Assembly: GCA_016197155.1 (NCBI GenBank)
Contig: JACPWF010000019.1
Span: 1,485 to 65,484 of the forward strand
Direction: 5' to 3'
DNA: 64,000 nt
Origin: Candidatus Omnitrophota bacterium
GTDB taxonomy: Bacteria > Omnitrophota > Gorgyraeia > 2-02-FULL-51-18
Shown: positions 48,372 through 58,100 of the stretch, piece by piece
How the letters are laid out: each line of letters starts with the position of its first letter
Numbering within the stretch: the first letter of the stretch is position 1
Program-made: the position numbers and the translations under genes
The notes under the pieces: model-generated
Told to the model about the DNA's origin: nothing
Seen by the model: the letters and a program-made list of their open reading frames with translations, nothing else
The model's database searches: none

Positions 48372-49279
48372 TCGATCTCCTTCAGGAGGGCCTCAGCCAA
48401 CTCCTTCGACTCCTCGGTTTTTCCCGAATAGTGATAGGCCCGCGCCAGCATGAGTTTGGCCGCGGTGTCCGACGGATTTTCGGCCAGGACCTCTTTCAAA
48501 AGGACTTCCGCCTTTTCATATTCACGGTCCATCAAATAAGTTTTGGCGATATTTCTTTTCAAAATATTCCGCGAGGCGGCGCTCCATTTTTTCCCATTCG
48601 CCAAAAGATCCCCGTAAAGCGCGCGGGCTTCCTCGGTCCTGCCGCCGTTGGCGGCCATCTCCGCCAGGAGCGCTTTTGCCTTCGAATTCCCCGGGTCTTC
48701 TTCAAGGGCCCTTCTCATCGCCTCTTCGGCGGGTCCGCTCTTTCCGGAAAAATAAAGGGCCTCGGCGCGCAGAAACTCGAGATTCGCGTCGGGCTTCACC
48801 GACAGGCCCTGTTCAAGCGTCTCGATCGCTTCGTCGTAGCGCTTCCGGCGGATCAGGACCTCGCCCAGCGAGGCGCGGATTTCCGCGTCTCCGGGATGGT
48901 CCTTCAAAAGATTTTTGAAAGCATCCTCGGCCTCCTGCAGTCGCCCCGCCCAGAGATAAACACCCGCGAGTTTTTGCCGGGCCCGCTCATTGTCCGGCTC
49001 GGCGTCCAACACTTTTTGGTACTGCGCGATCGACTCGTCGTAACGCCCCTGCCAGCTCAGGATCTCCGCAAGCGAGAGCCGGGCCTCGACGCGGGAGGGC
49101 TCGGCATCGAGCGTTTCCTCATAGAGGGGCGCGGCCTTTTCAAAATCCCCCTTCGAGGAATAGTCGCGGCCCTTCGAATAGGCGATGTCCGCCCGGTGCG
49201 AAAAACGGTAGAACGCGGTGAGGAATACCGCCAGAACCGCAAAGAGCGTGATGAATCCGGCGCGGCGCGCGCGGCTCAT
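48368..49279 (-). CDS. Membrane-anchored TPR protein
   Basis: N-terminal TM helix, then tandem TPRs (LAEILSWQGRYDESIAQYQKVL..EP). Confidence 0.85.
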   Translation of the reverse strand: MSRARRAGFITLFAVLAVFLTAFYRFSHRADIAYSKGRDYSSKGDFEKAAPLYEETLDAEPSRVEARLSLAEILSWQGRYDESIAQYQKVLDAEPDNERARQKLAGVYLWAGRLQEAEDAFKNLLKDHPGDAEIRASLGEVLIRRKRYDEAIETLEQGLSVKPDANLEFLRAEALYFSGKSGPAEEAMRRALEEDPGNSKAKALLAEMAANGGRTEEARALYGDLLANGKKWSAASRNILKRNIAKTYLMDREYEKAEVLLKEVLAENPSDTAAKLMLARAYHYSGKTEESKELAEALLKEID

Positions 49280-50748
49280 GTCCGCCGCTCCGGGATGGGC
49301 AAAACAAAATAAAAAGTCGAGCCTTTTCCGTAAACGGATTGCACGCCGATTTTTCCCTGATGGCCCCGGATGATGCGGTCCGAAATGGCCAGCCCGAGGC
49401 CGGACCCCGCCTCCGCGCGCTCGGATCCGTCCGGGACCTGCGAAAAACTTTTGAAGAGCTTGGGGACATCCTCTTCGCGGATGCCGACGCCTTCGTCAAT
49501 CACCCCCACCTGCGCGGCCATGCGGGCGTACACCGTGCGGACGAGGATCCGCCCCCGTTTGGAAAATTTGATGGCGTTGGTCAAAAAGTTCGCCAGCACC
49601 TGCGCGATTTTGTCCTTGTCGCAGGTGACAAGCGGCAGGGCCTTGTCCAAATCCGTTTCAATTTTAAGCCCTTTTTTCCCGGCGACGAGGTCAAATCCCT
49701 TTTTGACTTCGAGGATCAGGGCGTTCAGGTCGTGGGGCGCCAGGTGAAACTGCGACTCGTGCGAGCCGACCTTCTGATAATCCAGGACCTTGTTGATGAA
49801 GCGGCCCAGACGTTCGACATTGCGCATCGCGCTTTCCAGGAAATGTTTTTGGCGGGTGTTGACGGGTCCGACCGTGCCGTCCTCGACGACCGCCACGCTC
49901 TCCTTGATCGCGGTGAGCGGCGTGCGAAGCTCATGCGACACCATGTTGATGAAGTCGTCCTTCAGGCGCTCGAGTTTCTTGCGTTCGGTGATGTCGTGCA
50001 CAAAGGCGCTGAAACTGCAGGAGGTCCCGGACCGCGTGGGCCAGGACGCGATCTCGGCGGGGAATTCACGGCCGTCGTGATGCGCGAGGACCATTTCGGT
50101 TCGTTTATCCAGAAAAAAACTTTCCCCCGTCTCTACAAATCGCGCGATGTCTTCTTTCACGGACTGCTTTTGGCTTGCCGGGACAATGAGGTCCCAAACG
50201 GGCCTGCCGAGGGCCTCCTCTTTTCCGAAACCGAAAAGGACCTCCGCCTGGCGGTTCCAGTCCGTGACGCGCCCGTTCTCGTCCATCGCGAAAAAAGCGT
50301 CCCCCGCGCTTTCGATGATGATGCGCGTGCGCTCGCGGCTCTCTTTGAGCGCCTCGTCCGATCGCTTGCGCTCGATCGCGTACCGAATGACGCGCGCGAG
50401 CATGCGCGGGTTCACGACCCCTTTCACCAGATAGTCCTGCGCGCCCTTTTTCACCGCCTCGAGCGCGAGCGCGTCGTCGTCCGAGCGCGCCACGATCACG
50501 ATGGGCAGGTGACGGGCCTTGGCATTCAGCCTGAGGAAAGTTTCGAGGCCAGAGCTGTCGGGCAGTTCGAGCTCGAGGAGCACCACCTCGCATTCCTCAC
50601 AAGCCACGAACCGCAGGGCCTCCGACAGCCGGTCCACATGAACGAGGTCAAACCGCGCGTCTTTTTTGTCCACGGCGGCCAACATGTCCGTAATCAGACC
50701 TACGTCCTGGGGATTGTTCTCGACGAGGAGAACTCGGGTCGCGTCCAT
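49276..50748 (-). CDS. Cytoplasmic hybrid histidine kinase (REC-PAS-HisKA-HATPase)
   Basis: Atypical REC domain (VENN, LLELELPD, GAQDYLVK); PAS ending HDITERK; SHELRTPL, NAIKF, DEGVGI and GSGLGL. Confidence 0.92.
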   Translation of the reverse strand: MDATRVLLVENNPQDVGLITDMLAAVDKKDARFDLVHVDRLSEALRFVACEECEVVLLELELPDSSGLETFLRLNAKARHLPIVIVARSDDDALALEAVKKGAQDYLVKGVVNPRMLARVIRYAIERKRSDEALKESRERTRIIIESAGDAFFAMDENGRVTDWNRQAEVLFGFGKEEALGRPVWDLIVPASQKQSVKEDIARFVETGESFFLDKRTEMVLAHHDGREFPAEIASWPTRSGTSCSFSAFVHDITERKKLERLKDDFINMVSHELRTPLTAIKESVAVVEDGTVGPVNTRQKHFLESAMRNVERLGRFINKVLDYQKVGSHESQFHLAPHDLNALILEVKKGFDLVAGKKGLKIETDLDKALPLVTCDKDKIAQVLANFLTNAIKFSKRGRILVRTVYARMAAQVGVIDEGVGIREEDVPKLFKSFSQVPDGSERAEAGSGLGLAISDRIIRGHQGKIGVQSVYGKGSTFYFVLPIPERRT

Positions 50749-50773
50749 AATATTTTTAATCAATTATAAGCAA

Positions 50774-50802
50774 TTTATAACACTTTTAACAAAAGGTGTC
50801 AA
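50774..50802 (-). promoter_or_regulatory. Candidate sigma70 promoter for the kinase/EPS operon
   Basis: TTGACA (50802-50797), 17 bp spacer, TATAAA (50779-50774). Confidence 0.6.
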
Positions 50803-50843
50803 GCGAAAGGCAGGAACGAAGCGATTAAAGTGAGTTTGGGGAT

Positions 50844-52064
50844 TTAGATCGCCGTCCAGGGAACGGCGTAAACGTTGGAGGCCGCGGGATAAACCTTGCG
50901 GCCGGCGTAAATGATGATGCCTTTTGGCGCCTCCGGATGCGCTTTAAGAAATTCCCGCATGGGCCTGGTGTCCCTAAACGTGATATCTTCGGAAGATTTG
51001 ACCTCCACCCCCAAAACTTTGTTGTCGTGACGAACGACAAAATCCACTTCTGATTCTCCGGCTTTTTGTTTCCAATAAAAAATTTCGGGCATGGTCAGCC
51101 GCAATGACGCCCAAGACAAAATTTGCTGGTAAATAAAATTTTCAAAATACCTGCCCCTGACGGAGGGGCCCTTCAAATCATCCGCCCGGCGAATACCGGC
51201 CAGAAAACACGCTGATCCCGAATCAAACCAGAAATATTTTGATTGTTTGTAGACATTTTCACTTTTGACGGCGTATCCTTTGACGTCGTGCAAAAGATGG
51301 GTTTCCTTCAGCAAACTCATGTACCGGCTGACATTGGTTCTGGTTTCGCCGCAAATTTTTGACAGCTCCTCCTGCACGGATTCCCATCCGGCCGCCCGCG
51401 CGAGGGCTTCCATGAGACGCCTGAAATTCTGAGGATGCCGGATATTGACGAGATCCTGGATGTCTCTCTGAATATAGGTATCGACATAACTGCTGATCCG
51501 TTCGAGAGCGATTTTTTCGTTGGAAGCCAGGACAACACCGGGCAGAGAGCCTCTCCATACGACTTGAGGGAGGTCGGGGCTATGCTTCACGGCGGAATCC
51601 CTCAGTTCCCGCTCCGTCCAGATTTCATCAAGCAGTCCGCGCGCGGAGAGTCCTTGAATTTCCCTAAATCCAAAACCCGTCAAATGCAGATACTTCGCGC
51701 GACCCGCCAGGGTTTCGCGCGGCGCCCTGCGGAGCGAAACGTTCCCGGAACCGGAAAGAATGAAGTTTCTTTTACGCTCGGTTTTGTCCACCAGATATTT
51801 GACCGTGACAAGCAGATCGGGACACCGCTGAACTTCGTCGATGATCGTGGGTTTGTCTTCCCGCAACAGGCCTTTGGGGTCTTCTTTGGCCTGTTCAAGC
51901 GCGTCGGCATCATCCAAAGTGACATAGCGCCAGTCTTTCAAAAATTCCGCATGTTTGAGGAGCGTGCTTTTGCCCACCTGCCGCGGGCCCGTGAGAATGA
52001 CAACCGGATGCGACTCAAACGCATCTTTAAGTCTCGCCTCGAGCCATCTTGGAATATACTTCAT
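50844..52064 (-). CDS. AAA+ ATPase (AAA_14 + DUF4143) with a C-terminal PD-(D/E)xK-like motif
   Basis: Motifs GPRQVGKST, IIDEVQ, ILSGS, K.YWFDSG, FEN and EVDFV...VEVKS. Confidence 0.9.
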   Translation of the reverse strand: MKYIPRWLEARLKDAFESHPVVILTGPRQVGKSTLLKHAEFLKDWRYVTLDDADALEQAKEDPKGLLREDKPTIIDEVQRCPDLLVTVKYLVDKTERKRNFILSGSGNVSLRRAPRETLAGRAKYLHLTGFGFREIQGLSARGLLDEIWTERELRDSAVKHSPDLPQVVWRGSLPGVVLASNEKIALERISSYVDTYIQRDIQDLVNIRHPQNFRRLMEALARAAGWESVQEELSKICGETRTNVSRYMSLLKETHLLHDVKGYAVKSENVYKQSKYFWFDSGSACFLAGIRRADDLKGPSVRGRYFENFIYQQILSWASLRLTMPEIFYWKQKAGESEVDFVVRHDNKVLGVEVKSSEDITFRDTRPMREFLKAHPEAPKGIIIYAGRKVYPAASNVYAVPWTAI

Positions 52065-52183
52065 ATTCCCCCTCCCCTCAAAAAAGAGTATACCATAAAA
52101 TCATGCACAAAATACAATCAATTTGTGCACATATCATAACAAAAATTTGCACAGAATGAAAATCCGGAACAAACGATGAGGGT

Positions 52184-55100
52184 TTAAACCGCCTGAGCGG
52201 CCATGCGGGCGGCGAAGGCAAAGGCCCGCATTTGGGCTCCGACGGGGACCGGGCGCGGGAGGTACAAATAGAGGGCGATGATCCGAGGATCATTCGTCTG
52301 CCCCAAAATAACCAGAAGAAGTTGGGGCAGGTTATTAACGGGAAATCCGGCCGCCCTGGCCCATTCCACGAAAACGGGATTGGAGGCGGCCATGTCCGAA
52401 GCGGCGAAACGCGATTCGGTCAAGGCGGCGCGCAGGATAAAGTTGAGATTGGGAAGGCCGGGTGATTTGAGATTCACGTAAAAATAACGCTCGCCGGCCC
52501 GGGGCGCGAAGGGCCGATTCACGTCGGTGATTTTGACGGGACTCATTCCCCGAGGCGCTTGGTCGAGAATCGCCTCTGCCGCGCCAAGGCCGGTCGTCAT
52601 TTTTTTAATGGCCTCTACTCTTGCCGAATCACCGCGGAGCACAAATCGGGCGAGCGGGTCTCTCCTGGATTCAAAAACGATCGTGTAAGCCAGCATCGCC
52701 GTCATGTAGGGCGAGCTCTCGCGGGTGTAAAAATCGTCGACGTTCAGCTCGGCCGCTCCGGCCATTTTACTTAAATCTTCGTGCGCGGCGGTGAAGCGAT
52801 CGATCCGCATGAGCTCAGCGCCGAGGGCCTCTTTCAAATCGGCTTGAGAAATCTGGATCCCGGATGGGATTTGAGCGGTGGCGGTTGACGAGGCCTGATG
52901 TCTGGCCTGATACAATAAAAACGGATAATCTTTGCGCTCAATTCTGACGGCGGCCCCTCCTGTCCCGAGAACAAAAAGCGAGCCGTCTTCACTCAGCCTG
53001 ATCTCGAGCACTCTGCCGTCGAGCGCAATCAGGCCGGTTTTTCGTTGGGCATCGTAAACGAGAACGGTGAATTGGAGGAGCGATTGATCGTTTATTTGAT
53101 CAATAATTTTCTGAGAAACCGACGTAGCGAACTTGGGGTCTGACCCCGCCAAGATCCGTCGTTCTTTCCGCGCGCTGTCGGTGACCGCCAGCCTCGCGGC
53201 GCGGACTGCAGAGGACGATTTTTTCGGGCCAAAAACCCACAGGTCGACATAATTGTAGGATTGGGGGCCATTATCGAGGCCTGTAATAATCGAGCTCACG
53301 CGTGTTCGATAGCCCTCTTCGGAGTGCGCTCCTCTAACCTCATCCGCCACTTTCCTTATTTCCGCTCGGATCATTCGCCCCGCCCATTCTGGAAACAGCC
53401 CGCCATGCTCGAGGATAAAGCGGACATGCGCCAAAGTGCCGGGGGACTTTTTGCCATTGACAGCATGCGGCGCCAACTTGAATCTCAAATACCTGTCGTC
53501 AGGACTCGTTACCTCCGGACGTTTTTCCAGAAGTTCAGCTTGAATGCTCTGCCCTTCCGCCAGCCGCGCGCCGCGTGGCGCTTCCGTCGTCAAAACAAGG
53601 TTCGAGCCGTCTCCGTAAAAATGGTTTTCCGCAAACAGCCTGAGGCCAAACGTCCATAGATAGCGTGCGGATGGAATTTTGACGATCCTGTATTCCTCGT
53701 CGGTTCGCGTGTCTCTGAGAACCAATCGCGAATCTGCCCCGGCGGCATCAAATGCCTCTTCTATCGCCTTCAGCTTCAAAGCCAAAAGTTCCTGTCTTTT
53801 CGAAAGCAGTCCACTCAAAATATCGCGCGCGATGGGATTCTGACCGGCCCGTTCGATCCAGTCCCGGAGAGTGTCAGGCACACTCTCCCATCCGGCCGCC
53901 TCACTCGCAAGAGACCGCAAAAAGCGCGCAGTTTGTTGATAAACTGGGGCCTGCGCCTTGGCCATCGTCGAGGGGGACTGCGCGAAAAGCGAATAGTTTC
54001 TGTCAGCCTCAGAAACAGCGTTGTTCAAAAGCTCGACGGCCTCGTCTCTCCCCATCAAAATTCTTTGTGTTTCGGGACCATCCCCTGCCAGCCTCGCGGC
54101 CGCCGGCCGTGCGCGGCGTTCATCCGGCTGGATTTGTGCCCGTGGTTTATTGACTCCTCCAATATTGTATTTCCTCGCCACATTCAGCAAAGGTTCCGCC
54201 AGTGGATTCTTAAAATTTTCCAGATTTTTAAAAATATCCCGCAGAAGGTCTTCATTCGCGAAATTTCCAGTGTCAAAAAAAGCGTTGTATGCCTTCAAAA
54301 AATCATCTGTCAAGCGAAGCCGTCTTTTTGACCCCGCGGGAATCTTATCCAGCATGCCCAAGGCCAAGGCGGCATAATCGTTTGTGTCTTCTCCTTCCCA
54401 AGCCCCTGCGTGAGGTGTTTGACTTTTCCGATTTGCCTGTTGTTTAACGAAAGAATCGAAATAAATGGGCAATCCACGATTAAAGCTGTCCCTGGTTTGC
54501 AAATCACCGAACCAATGGTAAATCCGAACGACAACACCCCGTATCCTTGTCGCCATCCGCGCCCCCCTCGACTGCGCTCGGGACAAGCCTCGACGCGTCT
54601 CGTTGCGCTCGACTTGCTCGGGACTGGTTGGCCCTTCGCCGCGGAAGCCCTGAGCAAGGCCCGAAGGGCCGCGTCGAAGGGCCAGCCTCGCCCCAGCGCT
54701 CTCTTCCGGGCGCGCTATGAACCGAATGAAGCCCCTCTCGCAATCACTCTCAGAATAGATCCCCAAGCTCCCGGAAACCATCACAACGTCTACTAGGGCT
54801 CCATTGATTCTTCGTTTGAGCCGCCTCAGTATCTGTCCGCGGTTAACAATCTTTCTGCCCGTGAAAGTTCCAACGGTGGTCACTTCAACTATATCACCGG
54901 CCTGCCACCGGTCAAACGGCAGGGGATTTTGCGGTAAACCGACCGGAGAAATTCCTCCTTTTGAAGCATTGCTTCGAGCGGAAAGCCTCGCCCCCTGCGA
55001 AGAGTCAGAGACGGGTGACGAAATAAAATAAACAATCAGTCCCAACACCAATCCCGACGCCAGGCCAAGGAGAATATTCTCGAAGATCAAACCAAACAAC

Positions 55101-58100
55101 GCCCCAACCGCCATGCCGGAGGCTATGAATCCCGCAAGCCACATCCGGTTTGAATCCGCCAGCCGCGCGGCGGAAGAGCCGCTTGTAGTTTCGGTAAAAA
55201 TTTGAATCGCCCGGGTTTCCATCTCTACCGCGTCATTAAATGCGCGTCGGAGCGCTTCCCCGGGAAAGCCGGCAAAACCGACGCCGACGTTGATCGTGCC
55301 GTGATTGGCCAACAAAAGTTCGTTGACGCGAACGATCTTTTTGCCGACTTCCGCCGCCAGAGGGTCTCCGGGAAAGGTGTAATGGATGCTCACAATCGGC
55401 TCCTCGCCCTCACGAAGTCGAAAAGTGTGCCCAACGTTTCCGCTTGAGGCAAAACCCGTCGCCACGGGCGAATGGACATGAACCACCGCCTGCGCATCGC
55501 GCCGCGCGCGATAAATCGCCAGATGAAAAGCGGTTTCAGAGCTGGGCTTCAGATTTTCCCCAAGCCCCTTCACGCGGTGTCCCGCTTCAAGATCCACACC
55601 CACATATTCTTCCGGCCGCATGTCTTCAAAGGCTTTTCCGCTGGCTTTGATCAGGATAATATCTCTTTCGCCATTCGAAGTTTGGAGACGGACTCGGACG
55701 CTGGTGTTGCCTCCCGGTCCCACGACCAGTCTTTTCTGGGCAATTTGCCTGCCAACCGCTGTCAAAACCTCCCGCGCGCTTGCAATCGCATGGTCACTGG
55801 CCAAATTTTCGCCCAAATCCATCACTTCGGCTTTTGTTTCAACCGGTTTTCCTTCCAGCTCCGCCTGACGGTCCAACTCAATGGGCGATCCCAAGAGATC
55901 ATTCGCCTCCTCCTCACTCAGCCCCGTAGGCCTTCCGAGAATTTCCGACACCATCCTCGTCCGAATCGAATCCACTTCAACCATCGCGCGGAAAAGAGCT
56001 TCCCTTGAATTGGTGCCGACAGCGATGAGGCCGTGACGCGTGGTCATCACAACGGTATGCCCCGTCATGGCCTCGGCGATTTTCGGGTCCTCATCAACCA
56101 GCAAAAGCGGCCCTCTTTCTTTCGGCAAGGCGATATGGTCCGGCGTCACCAGAGGCAGAAGCGTTTCCGGAGCATTCCATTCATTCTCGTCAAACCGTTT
56201 TGCCAAAAGCGCCTGCGCGGCGGCGGGCCTTGACTGCACGATGAATTGGACTTTTTTATTTTTTTCATAAATAGCCCGGTGAATTTGCTCAATTTCTTCC
56301 GTCGCCTCCCCCGCAAAAATAACACTCTCACCCACGCGCATGCTGACCACCGCGTAATCGAGCCCCTCTTCTTGACAGCGCGCCAGTAAAGGTTGAAGCT
56401 CTCCCCGTAGCCACTGCGCTTCGCTAGTCAGCGCCGTCCGGGCGGCAGATTCGATCAGCCTGTTGACTTCTCTCAGAAACCGGCCGGGATATTCAGGATT
56501 TTCGAAACTCCGCATTTCCCTTTGTTCGATGGCCGCAATACCCTTTTGCTCCGCGCGGCCGAGAGTGTCCGTATAACCACTGACGATCAAGATACGAGAC
56601 TTATCAATATGTGCCTCCTGAAGAGAAGTTAAGATCTCCAAGAGAACCGTCGGATTGCTTCCGCTATACACGGCGATCACCAGATCCGGAGGGTTTCCAT
56701 CCGATTTCAGAAACGCTGGCACAGTGTCGAACGAATCGACATGATATTGGCCTGACAAGGCCGCCATCTCTTTCTCCGTAGATCGTGCGTCACCGATTAC
56801 CACAACGTGGGGGAGTTGCGCCGCCAAACCCGCTAGCCGCGCCCCCGGTATTTCCGGCGTGAAAATTTCCCGGCGGCCTCTTTGAGCCCAGACATTTCCC
56901 TTCAGTCCCGACATGGCCTCAACCTTCGGAGAAGGCAGTCCAAACCGGTCCGCGGTAAGTTCGCCTATCAGGACGGCGATGGCAAAACCGTACTCGATTG
57001 CCGCTTGAAAATAGTCCGAGGCCCCCGGAGTCCGGTTCGTAAAAAAGTAGGTGTTGTACCCGCCCGCCCACGGCGCCAGATAATCGATCTCGATCATATC
57101 CTTTTCAGAATCGAGCCCAACCTCCTTCCCCGCCTCCAAAAACGCCCTGCGGAAAAGTTTTGTTGTCGTCCGGTGATGCGGATGGCTGTCCTCTTCGTGC
57201 GGAAGGATGTAAATAAATGGAGTGCCGCGCGCTTTGGCGGTTAAAATTGCATACCGATTGGCTTTGAAATACGCCCGCGCGATCCCGAGCGCCGTCGGAT
57301 ATTCCTCATCCCACAACCACTCCGGAGGACCGCCGACCCGGTGCGCGTAGGCGGGGAGCAACAAATCAAGCCACTTGACCTCGAGCGGCTTCGGCATTCC
57401 CTCTGAAAGAATCGAGGAAGCCTTTTCCACTTCCAGGCGCCGGATAACGCGCCGCGCGACCTGTTCGAGGCCGACGGACATTTCCTTTCCCGCAGTCCAA
57501 TGGGAAACTTCGAGTTTTAGATTCTCAACTTCGCCAAACGTCGTGTACCGCGTCTCAAAATCTCTTCGAGCATCGCCCGGGAGTTTCTCCAAATCAAGCT
57601 CCGAAATAACCCGCCGATACACCCCGTGTTCTCTTTGAATTCTCTCCCAAAACGCGCGCGCCTCTTCCTCGTTCAAACTTTTTAGGTACCCGATCGCAGC
57701 CGCCACCTGATCATCGCTCAAACGAGCCACCCCGCTGTCTCCCGCGCCGGCCACCCAGTTTTGAACCGAAATGCCCGCCCTGAGCGAATTAAGAATAAGG
57801 CCCGCCAGCGCGATCACGTCATCGTCCGGATGCGGAGATAAAATGACGAGCGGGTACGCACGACTTATTTTTCCCAAAATATTTTTTGCCTGTTCCGGAG
57901 TAACCGGGGTCGCGTTTCCTTCGGCATCATAATGCATCACCGTGACGGGATTGGCATGCCCGGCCGAATCCTCCAGAAGACCTCTGATCTTGCCCATCGA
58001 GGCCCCGTATTTTGCCAGCCACTTCAGCACCGCTTCATAACCCGTTCTAAAAAGCTGCGTCAAATGAGCGCGAAGCGCCGAAAGGGCCTTTTCCAAATCC

